A DNA stretch of 64,000 nucleotides, taken from Octopus sinensis. Taxonomy: Eukaryota. Within the stretch, counting starts at the first letter, position 1; each line of letters starts with the position of its first letter. Under the pieces are notes generated by a model. The model was not told where the DNA came from. It saw only the letters and a list, made by a program, of their open reading frames with translations, and did not search any database. The position numbers were made by a program, and so were the translations under genes. The stretch is from the NCBI RefSeq assembly GCF_006345805.1, contig NC_043004.1, positions 75,950,001-76,014,000 on the forward strand. Reading direction: 5' to 3'. Shown here piece by piece: positions 15,001 to 27,338 of this stretch.

Positions 15001-18000
15001 TATAATTCGTGTTTTCTTGGTACCTCTGCAACCCTGTTCTGTTCCTAAGACGAGGAGGCACCTCCGTTGGTGCAGCTTTTCCAGACTGGGCAGTCTGCTG
15101 GGACTGAAGGTGAGCGGTTGGCTCTGGACTCATATAATTCGTGTTTTCTTGGTACCTCTGCAACCCTGTTCTGTTCCTAAGACGAGGCACCTCCGTTGGT
15201 GCAGCTTTCTAGGCTGGACAGTCTGCTGGGACTGAAGGTGAGCGGTTGGCTCTGGACTCATATAATTCGTGTTTTCTTGGTACCTCTGCAACCTGTTCTG
15301 TTCCTAAGACGAGGCATCTCCGTTGGTGCAGCTTTTCCAGTATGGGCAGTCTGCTGGGACTGAAAGTGAGCGGTTGGCTCTGGACTCATATAATTCGTGT
15401 TTTCTCGGTACCTCTGCAACCCTGTTCTGTTCCTAAGACGAGGCATCTCCGTTGGTGCAGCTTTTCCAGTCTGGGCAGTCTGCTGGGACTGAAGGTGAGC
15501 GGTTGGCTCTGGACTCATATAATTCGTGTTTTCTTGGTACCTCTGCAACCCTGTTCTGTTCCTAAGACGAGGCACCTCCGTTGGTGCAGCTTTTCCAGGG
15601 TGGGCAGTCTGCTGGGACTGAAGGTGAGCGGTTGGCTCTGGACTCATATAATTCGTTTTCTTGGTACCTCTGCAACCCTGTTCTGTTCCTAAGACGAGGC
15701 ACCTCCGTTGGTGCAGCTTTTCCAGGCTGAGCAGTCTGCTGGGACTGAGGTGAGCGGTTGGCTCTGGACTCATATAATTCGTGTTTTCTTGGTACCTCTG
15801 CAACCCTGTTCTGTTCCTAAGACGAGGCACCTCCGTTGGTGCAGCTTTTCCAGGCTGGGCAGTCTGCTGGGACTGAAGGTGAGCGGTTGGCTCTGGACTC
15901 ATATAATTCGTGTTTTCTTGGTACCTCTGCAACCCTGTTCTGTTCCTAAGACGAGGCACCTCCGTTGGTGCAGCTTTTCCAGGCTGGACAGTCTGCTGGG
16001 ACTGAAGGTGAGCGGTTGGCTCTGGACTCATATAATTCGTGTTTTCTTGGTACCTCTGCAACCCTGTTCTGTTCCTAAGACGAGGCATCCCGTTGGTGCA
16101 GCTTTTCCAGGCTGGGCAGTCTGCTGGGACTGAAGGTGAGCGGTTGGCTCTGGACTCATATAATTCGTGTTTTCTTGGTACCTCTGCAACCCTGTTCTGT
16201 TCCTAAGACGAGGCACCTCCGTTGGTGCAGCTTTTCCAGCTGGACAGTCTGCTGGGACTGAAGGTGAGCGGTTGGCTCTGGACTCATATAATTCGTGTTT
16301 TCTTGGTACCTCTGCAACCCTGTTCTGTTCCTAAGACGAGGCACCTCCGTTGGTGCAGCTTTTCCAGGCTGGGCAGTCTGCTGGGACTGAAGGTGAGCGG
16401 TTGGCTCTGGACTCATATAATTCGTGTTTTCTTGGTACCTCTGCAACCCTGTTCTGTTCCTAAGACGAGGCACCTCCGTTGGTGCAGCTTTTCCAGCTGG
16501 ACAGTCTGCTGGGACTGAAGGTGAGCGGTTGGCTCTGGACTCATATAATTCGTGTTTTCTTGGTACCTCTGCAACCCTGTTCTGTTCCTAAGACGAGGCA
16601 CCTCCGTTGGTGCAGCTTTTCAGGCTGGACAGTCTGCTGGGACTGAAGGTGAGCGGTTGGCTCTGGACTCATATAATTCGTGTTTTCTTGGTACCTCTGC
16701 AACCCTGTTCTGTTCCTAAGACGAGGCATCTCCGTTGGTGCAGCTTTTCCAGTCTGGGCAGTCTGCTGGGACTGAAGGTGAGCGGTTGGCTCTGGACTCA
16801 TATAATTCGTGTTTTCTCGGTACCTCTGCAACCCTGTTCTGTTCCTAAGACGAGGCACCTCCGTTGGTGCAGCTTTTCCAGGCTGGGCAGTCTGCTGGGA
16901 CTGAAGGTGAGCGGTTGGCTCTGGACTCATATAATTCGTGTTTTCTTGGTACCTCTGCAACCCTGTTCTGTTCCTAAGACGAGGCACCTCCGTTGGTGCA
17001 GCTTTTCCAGGCTGAGCAGTCTGCTGGGACTGACGTGAGCGGTTGGCTCTGGACTCATATAATTCGTGTTTTCTTGGTACCTCTGCAACCCTGTTCTGTT
17101 CCTAAGACGAGGCACCTCCGTTGGTGCAGCTTTTCCAGGCTGGACAGTCTGCTGGGACTGAAGGTGAGCGGTTGGCTCTGGACTCATATAATTCGTGTTT
17201 TCTTGGTACCTCTGCAACCCTGTTCTGTTCCTAAGACGAGGCATCTCCGTTGGTGCAGCTTTTCAGGCTGGGCAGTCTGCTGGGACTGAAGGTGAGCGGT
17301 TGGCTCTGGACTCATATAATTCGTGTTTTCTTGGTACCTCTGCAACCCTGTTCTGTTCCTAAGACGAGGCACCTCCGTTGGTGCAGCTTTTCCAGACTGG
17401 ACAGTCTGCTGGGACTGAAGGTGAGCGGTTGGCTCTGGACTCATATAATTCGTGTTTTCTTGGTACCTCTGCAACCCTGTTCTGTTCCTAAGACGAGGCA
17501 CCCCCGTTGGTGCAGCTTTTCCAGGCTGGGCAGTCTGCTGGGACTGAAGGTGAGCGGTTGGCTCTGGACTCATATAATTCGTGTTTTCTTGGTACCTCTG
17601 CAACCCTGTTCTGTTCCTAAGACGAGGCACCTCCGTTGGTGCAGCTTTTCCAGACTGGACAGTCTGCTGGGACTGAAGGTGAGCGGTTGGCTCTGGACTC
17701 ATATAATTCGTGTTTTCTTGGTACCTCTGCAACCCTGTTCTGTTCCTAAGACGAGGCACCTCCGTTGGTGCAGCTTTTCCAGACTGGACAGTCTGCTGGG
17801 ACTGAAGGTGAGCGGTTGGCTCTGGACTCATATAATTCGTGTTTTCTTGGTACCTCTGCAACCCTGTTCTGTTCCTAAGACGAGGCACCTCCGTTGGTGC
17901 AGCCTTTCCAGGCTGGGCAGTCTGCTGGGACTGAAGGTGAGCGGTTGGCTCTGGACTCATATAATTCGTGTTTTCTTGGTACCTCTGCAACCCTGTTCTG

Positions 18001-18697
18001 TTCCTAAGACGAGGCACCTCCGTTGGTGCAGCTTTTCCAGACTGGACAGTCTGCTGGGACTGAAGGTGAGCGGTTGGCTCTGGACTCATATAATTCGTGT
18101 TTTCTTGGTACCTCTGCAACCCTGTTCTGTTCCTAAGACGAGGCACCTCCGTTGGTGCAGCTTTTCCAGACTGGACAGTCTGCTGGTACTGAAGGTGAGC
18201 GGTTGGCTCTGGACTCATATAATTCGTGTTTTCTTGGTACCTCTGCAACCCTGTTCTGTTCCTAAGACGAGGCACCTCCGTTGGTGCAGCTTTTCCAGGC
18301 TGGGCAGTCTGCTGGGACTGAAGGTGAGCGGTTGGCTCTGGACTCATATAATTCGTGTTTTCTTGGTACCTCTGCAACCCTGTTCTGTTCCTAAGACGAG
18401 GCACTTCCGATGGTGCAGCTTTTCCAGGCTGGACAGTCTGCTGGGACTGAAGGTGAGCGGTTGGCTCTGGACTCATATAATTCGTGTTTTCTTGGTACCT
18501 CTGCAACCCTGTTCTGTTCCTAAGACGAGGCATCTCCGTTGGTGCAGCTTTTCCAGGCTGGGCAGTCTGCTGGGACTGAAGGTGAGCGGTTGGCTCTGGA
18601 CTCATATAATTCGTGTTTTCTTGGTACCTCTGCAACCCTGTTCTGTTCCTAAGACGAGGCACCTCCGTTGGTGCAGCTTTTCCAGGCTGGACAGTCT
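44..18697. repeat. Tandem satellite array, 129-bp unit, about 145 copies, derived from an RTE-clade LINE segment
   Basis: Unit CAGTCTGCTGGGACTGAAGGTGAGCGG...GGTGCAGCTTTTCCAGGCTGG(G/A) repeats head-to-tail with very few substitutions. It begins and ends with the same GACAGTCT octamer (44-51, 18690-18697). Copy number is length/129. Confidence 0.98.
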
Positions 18698-18925
18698 TGC
18701 GTTTGCACTTCCCACATGTTGCACTGCATCTCAAAGCTCTTCAGTAAAAGGCTTTGAATGTATCCTTGAAGCACTTTCGCTGTCTACATTGCATGAGCTT
18801 GCCTTCCACCAGTCTCCTGGGAAGTCTCCTGGGATGTTACAGTCTCCTGGGATGTTACATGTCAGGCATTTGAATAAGGTAACCTGCTCACCTGACTTGC
18901 ACTCTCCTCAGCAGTGTGTAGGTGT
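18698..18925 (-). mobile_element. RTE-clade LINE relic: post-RT region, upstream flank of the satellite
   Basis: Minus strand reads TLLRRVQVR*AGYLIQMPD...LVEGKLMQCRQRKCFKDTFKA(fs)LKSFEMQCNMWEVQTQDCPAWKS, a decayed QLRWAGHxxRMPD...KRFKDTLK..LK.F.....WE..AQDR.AW as in RTE/BovB-like ORFs. It runs collinearly into the first satellite unit. Confidence 0.85.
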
Positions 18926-19481
18926 GTATGTTTTACTTTCATTGATCTATGATTATGTTTTTAGCAAAACATATATGAGAGATATTACTATTTTCTTCAT
19001 TGAAATTCACAAGCTACGTGAAATGCATGCATGGACTTCAACAAACCAATTCCACTGAGGTTTCCCAACCACTTTATATTCTTGCTTCATCTACTCATGG
19101 TTTATTATTAAATTTCAACTCATTGGTTGAATATAATTTTCCTTTGATAACCTGTTCACTATGCAGTGAACTTATTTACTGCACCATTTACATATGCTGT
19201 CCCAGTCACTTTTATACGTGTCTAGACTGCTTATGATTTGTTATTCAAACTGGATCTTGCTAAGTGAATGGATTCCCAGCCATTCATACATCTACCCCGC
19301 CTACTCATTATCCACTAAACATATTTTGTTCAAAAAATTTGTTTGCTGTTCAATTTATCCATATCGATAACTGTTTGTACATGGTGTCACTGCTGCAGTT
19401 GCATTTGGGTCCTATTATGTCCCATAACCAACTCTTAAAGACTAAAAACATTCAGAAAAACAAGCACTGATAACCATATAT

Positions 19482-19690
19482 CTATTTCTTCATTGCCCAC
19501 GGGAGCTAAACATAGAGAGGACAAACAAGGACAGACAAAGGGATTAAGTAAATTACATCAACCTCAGTGTTTCACTGGTACTTAATTTATCGACCCTGAA
19601 AGGATGAAAGGCAAAGTCAATCTCGACGGAATTTGTACTCAGAACATAACGGTAGATGAAATACCACTAAGCATTTTGCCTGGTGTGCCC
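19482..19690 (-). mobile_element. tRNA-derived SINE, family A (Meta-domain-like core), partial
   Basis: Reverse complement of the element at 51027-51259 (GCCTTTCATCCTTTC.GGGTCGATAAATTAAGTACCAG core, AAGAAATA tail). Confidence 0.8.
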
Positions 19691-20356
19691 TTTTGATAAC
19701 CATGTGTTGAATGGAAATATGAATGTATACACACACACTAAGACTCCCTTTAGTTATGAATGAATTGACTGTGGGTTTGCCCCTAGAAATTTCCCCTTTG
19801 AGACACAAGCCTGGGCAAGGTTGTTTTATGGGAGATCAGCAGTCACCCATGCGTACCAGCCTTCCTTCTCCATGCCACCAATGTTATCCAAGGGAAAGGC
19901 TTGGCACCTGTGATGTCACAACTCATTTCTACAGCCGAGTAAACTGGAGCAATGTGAAATAAAGTGTCTTGCTCAAGAACACAACACACAGCTCAGTCTG
20001 TGAATCGAACTCACTACCTCATGACTGTGAGCTCAACACTCTAACCACTGAGTGCTTGAGGGGTTGTTCCCATCCACATGTAACAACACACCTTTCACCC
20101 ATTCTACCCTAAGAAACTAAACTACAACTCCTCTTTTAAACTGCATCTTTCTCTTCCTCACATTTCCTCTTCATAAACTACAATTGTTTCCCAATCCCCT
20201 TTCTTGCCCTCACTGCCCTGCTCATTGTATCGCTGCTCCCCACACCCCCAACGTCCACACCCCATGTTTCTACCCAGGTTCTATGCTCAGATCTTTGTTA
20301 CTTGTGAGTATACACCATCTCTCTTCTTCTCTCTCTTGCACTTTTGCTGTTTCCCA

Positions 20357-20392
<36 letters not shown>

Positions 20393-21496
20393 CTTCTCTT
20401 CCTCTGACTAGGTAACCAAGTATCTCCTTTACACCAGTACACTTGTATCTGGTCTCTTTCTTGTACCTCTCTCTCATTCTCTGTTTTCACTCTGTCACTG
20501 TCTGTCTGTCTCTCTCACTCTTTCTCTCTGTCACTGGGTAACCATGTACCGCACCTATAGCAAGACACCTATTTCTGCCTCTCTGTTACATTCTAATCTT
20601 TCATCATCTGATACTGGATCACTTCCTCTAATACCCCACTCTTTTGTGACAAGACACCTGCTTCTGTCTCTCTGTCTCTTTGTCACACTCTAACCTGTCA
20701 TCCTCTGACACAAGTCCCCCTCCTCAAATGCCCCTACCCCTCACATAATTCCTTGTCTTGTGAGTTACTTGGTTACACTGCCAGTGCAGTGCTGGTGTCA
20801 CGTTAAAAGCATTCAGTCCACACCATAAAGTGGTTGGCATTTGGAAGGGCATCTAGCTGTAAAAATCATGCCAAAACTAACCTCGCCTGTGCTAGTACCA
20901 TGTAAAAAGCACTGAGTCCATTCTGCGGAATGACTGATGTGAGGAAGGGCATCCAGCTGTAAAATCCCTACCAAAACAGGCACAGTAGCCTTGGACAGAT
21001 GGACATTAAACGATGATGATAATGATATATATATATATATACATATCAAACTAAAATCATTGAACAAGCAAATACAAAGTCAACCGCATGTCATTTCATA
21101 ATTCGAACATTTAATTATAGAATAAACATATAACCCGCAAGATGGAACAAAATTCATATGTACAGCACGTAATAATAATAATATGGTATGGTGCGAGAAA
21201 AATTCTTATCATTAAAACTTAGAATTAATATTCTAGCGATTCAAAGAGAATACATTTATAAAAGGACGTAGAAAGTAAAATATGATATAAGTAATATATA
21301 AAAATATATAGGTATATAAAAATATAGGCATATAAAAATATATAAAACATATATAAATATATATATATACATATAGGAGCATATAAAAATATAATATATA
21401 TATATCGTGTAAATAAAGTAAAATAAGGTTCATCGTTTAGAAATCTTAATCAGGCAAAATAAGCCTTATATATAAGAAGGAAATCATTTTTACTTA

Positions 21497-21573
21497 TCCC
21501 TATGGCCATTTCAGGGGTGTATTATGTTTAAAGCACTAGGGTGCATTCAGATAATACCTCCTTCATCAGGGGA
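21497..21573 (-). ncRNA. Minimal type I hammerhead ribozyme motif (Penelope-like element type)
   Basis: Minus strand: stem I UCCC, core CUGAUGA, stem II AGGAGGUAUUAU...AUAAUACACCCCU, GAAA, palindromic stem III UGGCCA, cleavage triplet AUA, stem I GGGA. All core nucleotides are present. Confidence 0.75.
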
Positions 21574-22222
21574 AAAAATATATATATATATATATAAACG
21601 CAAAGATAGCCATCACGCACCAGGCCTGTATGGTGTTGTTTGCTTTCCCACTTTGGTATTCATGCACGGATAGCCCAAAAGCCCAAATGTTCGAATTATG
21701 AAATGACATGTGGTTGACTTTGTATTTGCTTGTTCAATGATTTTAGTTTGATATTTTTGTCTCTTCCAATAGAGCACTTCTATTGCAGTCCTATTAAACC
21801 TTTTTTTGTTCCTGACAAGAAACAATTATTGTATCGATATATATATTTATATATATATATATATAGTGAATCCAAGCAAGAAGAACAAACAAGAAAAAAC
21901 AATAACTTGAGGACGTGCCACAAGTTCTGTATTATCAGATGCTCAGGAAAGGAAAGAAAGAGGATTTAGCATTTAGAGCCAAGCTCTTCTTCAGAAATAG
22001 AGGGAAGTCCAAAAGAAGAGAAGATGGAGGAAGAAAATCGCCAACGATTCACATGTGGTTACATTTTGAAATGATCGTTAGGGAATGGGTGAAGAAAAAG
22101 TTCTTTCTAAGACAGGAGAGGGTAAAAGAAGGAGGTGTGTGTGGGTATGTGTGTGCGCGCAGGTCTGTGTGTGCATGTGTGTAATAATAGCACGTGTGTG
22201 TGCGCATGTGTGTATGTGTTGT

Positions 22223-22266
<44 letters not shown>

Positions 22267-25200
22267 TGTGTATGTGTGTGTATGTGTAAGGCATGCAGTG
22301 TACAACAGGTTATATAAATGAATGTGAAAAAACTAAAACAGATTTTAATATAAAGCTGATACTTTTATTGAGAGGTGGAAAGAGGACACACCCGGGTAGC
22401 ATATATGTATGGCCATACAGACTTCAACTAGACTGGCGTTGGTCACACCAGCAAGATTTTTATTATTTAGTAAGACTGACAAAAAGAGTTCAATAAACTT
22501 GCTGTGAGGAGTGGAAAATCCAGTCTTTCAGAGTCCTTCTGAAAGGAAAAGTTGAAAGAAAAGAAATTAAGGAGAGACACCGGTGTTTTTACATCCTCTG
22601 TACCCTGGCTCATGTTTACCATCATCATCTACCTCTCTCTCTCAACTGGGGTAGCCTTGTATCTCCTCTACAGCAAGACACTCACCTCTATCCTTCTATT
22701 TTACTTGAACCTCTCATCACTGGCACAGAGCCACCTCCTACAACACTGCTTCCCCTCCCAGTTGGGGAATATTTGTCTTACAAGTTACTTGGTTACCTCA
22801 CTGGTGCTGGTGCCGCATAAAAATCCCCCAGTATATTTTGTAAAGTGGTTGGCATTAGGAAAGGCATCCGGCTGTAGAAACCATGCCAAAGCAGCCAATA
22901 GCAGAAAAATGATTAAAGACACACAAATTAAGAATGGTCCCATAAAGATGTTATTGTCCTGGCCATAACAAAGACGAGGAAGGTGATGATGGTGACCGTA
23001 GTAGTGGTGATGGCTCTTCTGCATTTGGCTGTTGTCCATAGTAAACCTCAATTGCTGAGCAAAAGAAAAAATAGGTTAAAATAAAGTGCACCTGACTTAA
23101 TTAATGAGAAACCAAGATTAATCACGATCAAACATGATTAGACATTCAGTCTAGAGTTAATTATAAACTTGTATGCAATATCGTGAACTTTTGCTCATAT
23201 TTCAACTCAATGTTTTGAAAACTGTCTGCTAAAAAAAACAAACCATTTTTGTATCGTTTGAAGCAGTTTTAAGCAACAGATTGCTGCAGAGCAGATGTTG
23301 TTTTGTCTCGTGTCACATTTGATTGAGTAATGCTTATAGTTAAAAGCTAGGACAACCCAATCTTTTTATTCTTTAATGTGTCCTTGCTGTTTTAATGTGT
23401 TAAAGTGTAGTTTGAAGGGATTTGGCTGCTATTTTTAGCAGTTCAAACGTCTACGTATAGCAGTGGTCACAAAGCCTTTGCTTACAAGCCAGAAGTACAA
23501 TCGTCTGACGTCAAGACAATGGGACACAACCACACCCCCCCACACACACACACACACACACTCTCTCTCTCTCTCTCTCTCACTCTCTCACACACACACA
23601 TACACTCACACTCACACATACACACACACAAACACACACACACACACATTACAAACACCCAAACATTCGCATACATACATACAAATACACAAATACTTAC
23701 ACATAGATACATACAAATACACACACACGCATTCACACACACTCACACACACATATAGACATAGTTGTGTGGTAAAATGTCTTCTTCCAAACCACATAGT
23801 TCTCAGTTCAGTCCCATCGTATAATGGTTCTGCCAGCTCGCCGCCTTTGTTGCAAGACAATTTTGCCACATGACAAAAGGTGAATTGCTCCCTTTGGCAC
23901 ATAACTGTTTCAACCAAGAAGATGGGGTAAAGCAATTTCTTAACTCATTTAAAATTTCATTATTCATTTGGCAAAATTTTTAATTAATTAAGAAATTACT
24001 TTACCCCTTGAAACAATTATATGCCAAGGGAGTAATTCATTGTTTGCCTTGTGGCAAAATTTCCTATGCAGCGAACTTTCCTCTGGCTCCAAATCCTGAG
24101 GCGAATTTCCCTGGGCAAAAAGCGTTTGTGGTAAACTTTCCTAGAACCCATTATATCATATCTCAATGGGGACATCAGTCAGATAATTTTGGTTTGCAGG
24201 CCAGACCAGGTTCAGAAGTAAGGGTTGTGAGGAGCAACTGATATAGTGAAATTTTCTCATTTGCTTCTTTATTATGATTGGCTTAGCTGTATCATGTGAC
24301 CTGAAAAACAAAAAAAAAAAAAAAAAAGAAAAGATAAGGAAAAGAGAAGAGAAGAAGTAGATGTCGAATTACTGTGATTAGGACAAATTTTGAAAAGTAT
24401 TTTATGAAACAAATGTCAAGTTTAAATGGCAGCATAAAATAATTTATTAAATGAAGAGTTGGATGGGGTGGGGATTAAAGGAAGAGTAAAATAGTCTCAT
24501 CATATTTAAAAACCTTATTTATTAAGTCAGGGAAATGTGGTTTTATCAAAGCTACATAATGTCATCTGATCAGCTGACTTGATGCTGAATCATTATAGAA
24601 TTCTGTTTCAATATTCTTCTTACATTCTTCATATTAGTAAGTTGTGTTGTAATATTGGTTTCAAATTTTGGTGCAAAGCCTGCTATTTCAGGGGAGGGGT
24701 GATAAATCAATATTCAGCTGGTTCTTAATTTATCGACCCCTGAAAGGATGAAAGGCAAAATCCACCTTAGTGGAATTTGAACTCAGAACACAATGATGGA
24801 CAATATGCCATTAAGCATTTTGCTAATGAGTCTCCCAGCTTGCTGCCTTGAGTTTACCAAAACATATTACTAAGGTTTTTCTGTTCATTTTACATCCATT
24901 TTACCAAACGAGCATGGGTTTTGGCAAATATAAATTTCATTAATGCCCTTCTTGCCACTAACCGTTACCTGTGTTCAGCTCAGGGATTTTTTTACTCCAC
25001 ATGTCTTTGAAGACGCTGACCTAGCAGATGATTTACTGAAAGGGAATGGCAATAAACTTTGCTGTTTCTAGCTTAAAGCTTTTTAATGTGAAACATAAGA
25101 TATAAACCTTCATTCACAGACAACGATAATGATCCTTTCTACTACAGGCACAAGGGCTGAAATTTGGGGGAAGGGGATAGTTGATTACATCGTCCCCAGT

Positions 25201-25359
25201 ACTCAACTGGTACTTAATTTATCGACCCTGAAAGGATGAAAGGCAAAATCAACTGCAGTGGAATTTGAACTCAGAACGTAAAGACAGACTAAACACTGCT
25301 AAGCATTTCGCACAGCATGTTAGCGATTCTGCCAGCTCGCTGCCTTAATAATAATGATG

Positions 25360-25391
<32 letters not shown>

Positions 25392-25871
25392 TATTGTTGT
25401 TGTTGGCATCCTTTTGTCTCGGGACACAATGGAGTTGCGCATAAACTAATCCAGTCTGGTTTTTACATTTCATGTCCTCTCCAGTTTTGCGCAGGTCTGG
25501 GTCAGATGTAAGAAAATCCTGGGGAGCCCAATCACCAGGATTCCTCTCTCAACCTAGCTGACGTAGTCCAATGGAGTGCAAAGCATTACGTTTGGTACCA
25601 GCTTGGTTGCAGGAGCTGCCGGAAGAGTGTCGAGTTGAACACTAAACCGCCTACGGGGCTCCACTCCAGATTTCTTTGAAGGTTGTCTCCTTTCCGTAAC
25701 CCTGGATAGGAGCCAATACCGGGTACTGTCAGCCAGAGCCAGCTGAGCCTGGAACTCATGTCAGGCAGGGTCGTCACTCCCTGAAGAAGTGAAGAAAATC
25801 GCTACCCACTACCTAATAATAATAATAATAATGATAATAATAATAACAATAATAATAATAATAATAATAAT

Positions 25872-26207
25872 GTGAAACCGTATGGCATATTACCAGCCAA
25901 TGTATGTCACTAGCCCAGAAGGAATATAAGTATGAGACGCCATGACAATATAGCCAGGCTTGTTCACTGGACTCTTTGGTATGACGACAAACCCAAGGGC
26001 ATCGTCGTAAATGATAATGCAAAAATCCTATGGGATTTCATGATTCAGTGCGACCATGAGATAGAGAATAGGAAGCAAGACATAGTCTTAATTGAGAAAG
26101 AAAACAAACTATGCTGGCTCATAGACATAGGGGCCCATACTGGGTATTGTCAGCCAGAGCCAGCTGAGCTCGGGATTCACGTTAGGCAGGGTCGTCACTC
26201 CCTGAAG
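25872..26207 (+). mobile_element. R4/Dong-clade non-LTR retrotransposon fragment (end of CCHC knuckle plus restriction-like endonuclease) next to (TAA)n
   Basis: ETVWHITSQCMSLAQKEYK(fs)RRHDNIARLVHW..WYDDKPKGIVVNDNAKILWDFMIQCDHEIENRKQDIVLIEKENKLCWLIDI matches the ETxxHIxSxC / RHD / ILWD / PDIV..IDI pattern of REL domains. It directly follows (TAA)n at 25815-25871. Confidence 0.85.
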
Positions 26208-27085
26208 TAGACATAGTATGTCTGGCTTTTGTTTATCTTTTATCTCTGATTTCTGTGGAGTATGTTTGGTCAGCTAAGATTTATAATGGGGGTCATATTT
26301 ATGTAAGATAAGCAGTGTCTCTATTAAATATATGCATATGCTGCTGTCATTAATTATTTATGTTTGCATATAATGTTCGTCCTTCGGTTCGAAGATGACC
26401 AACTGACATCATCTGATGAATTTACAGACGCCCTTTATTTTGTAGTTATTGTTGTTTGATCTGGTTTACTGAACCCTCGGAAATAATTGCCAGAAGGTTT
26501 TCTGGCCTTACTACTGTGTCAGCAAGCTGTATATATATTTCTTTATTGCCCACAAGGGGCTAAACATAGAGGGGATAAACAAGGACAGACAAAGGGATTA
26601 AGTCGATTACATCGACCCCAGTGCATAACTGGTTCTTTATTTATCGACCCTGAAAGGATGAAAGGCAAAGTCGACCTCGGCAGTGTCAACAAGCTGTATA
26701 AATGCCTCTGTGTGTGTGTGTGTGTTTGTGTGTGAGGTCACTTGTAACGTCTCCCATGGGTGTTACTGGTAACATGGAATTCAGTACAAACTGTTGCATG
26801 GCTGGATTGCATGGTTGGATTGCAAGCCCCATTAGGCTTGCTTGGTGAAGAGGGTTGTTAGAAACCCAGCAGGACAGAAAAACAAGATCAGTCGAAAGGA
26901 GAGATGGACATTCAGTAGGCTCAATGACTATCCAGCAACAGCACGGGGCCCTCAAGAATTCCAGGCGGGAGTCCAGCATGCTGGCAGACCATTGGGAATG
27001 GAGCACCTCTTAGCTTTTGCTAAAGTATGTCTCTCTAGTATGAAAGTCACTCTAAAATAAAAGTAGATGTGCAGGGAATGACATT

Positions 27086-27298
27086 ACTCTCTTTACTCTT
27101 TTACTTGTTTCAGTTGTTTGACTGCGGCCATGCTGGAGCACCACCTTTAGTCAAAGCAAATCGACCCCAGGACTTACTCTTTGTAAGCCTAGTACTTATT
27201 CTATCGGTCTCTTTTGCTGAACCGTAAAGTTACAGGGATGTAAACACATCAGCATCGGTTGTCAAGCAATGTTGGGGGGGACAAACACAGACACAGAA

Positions 27299-27338
<40 letters not shown>

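Noticed and set aside
44-18697. CRISPR array or a real 43-aa repeat protein gene
   Set aside because: Units are contiguous with no unique spacers and there are no cas genes. The ancestral frame is a LINE frame with a fixed stop, and no splice or promoter evidence supports a host CDS.
22049-23935. His/Thr- and Cys/Val-rich ORFs (also at 31.0, 43.3, 52.4 and 53.2-54.5 kb)
   Set aside because: Translations of (CA)n/(TG)n/(TCTA)n microsatellites.
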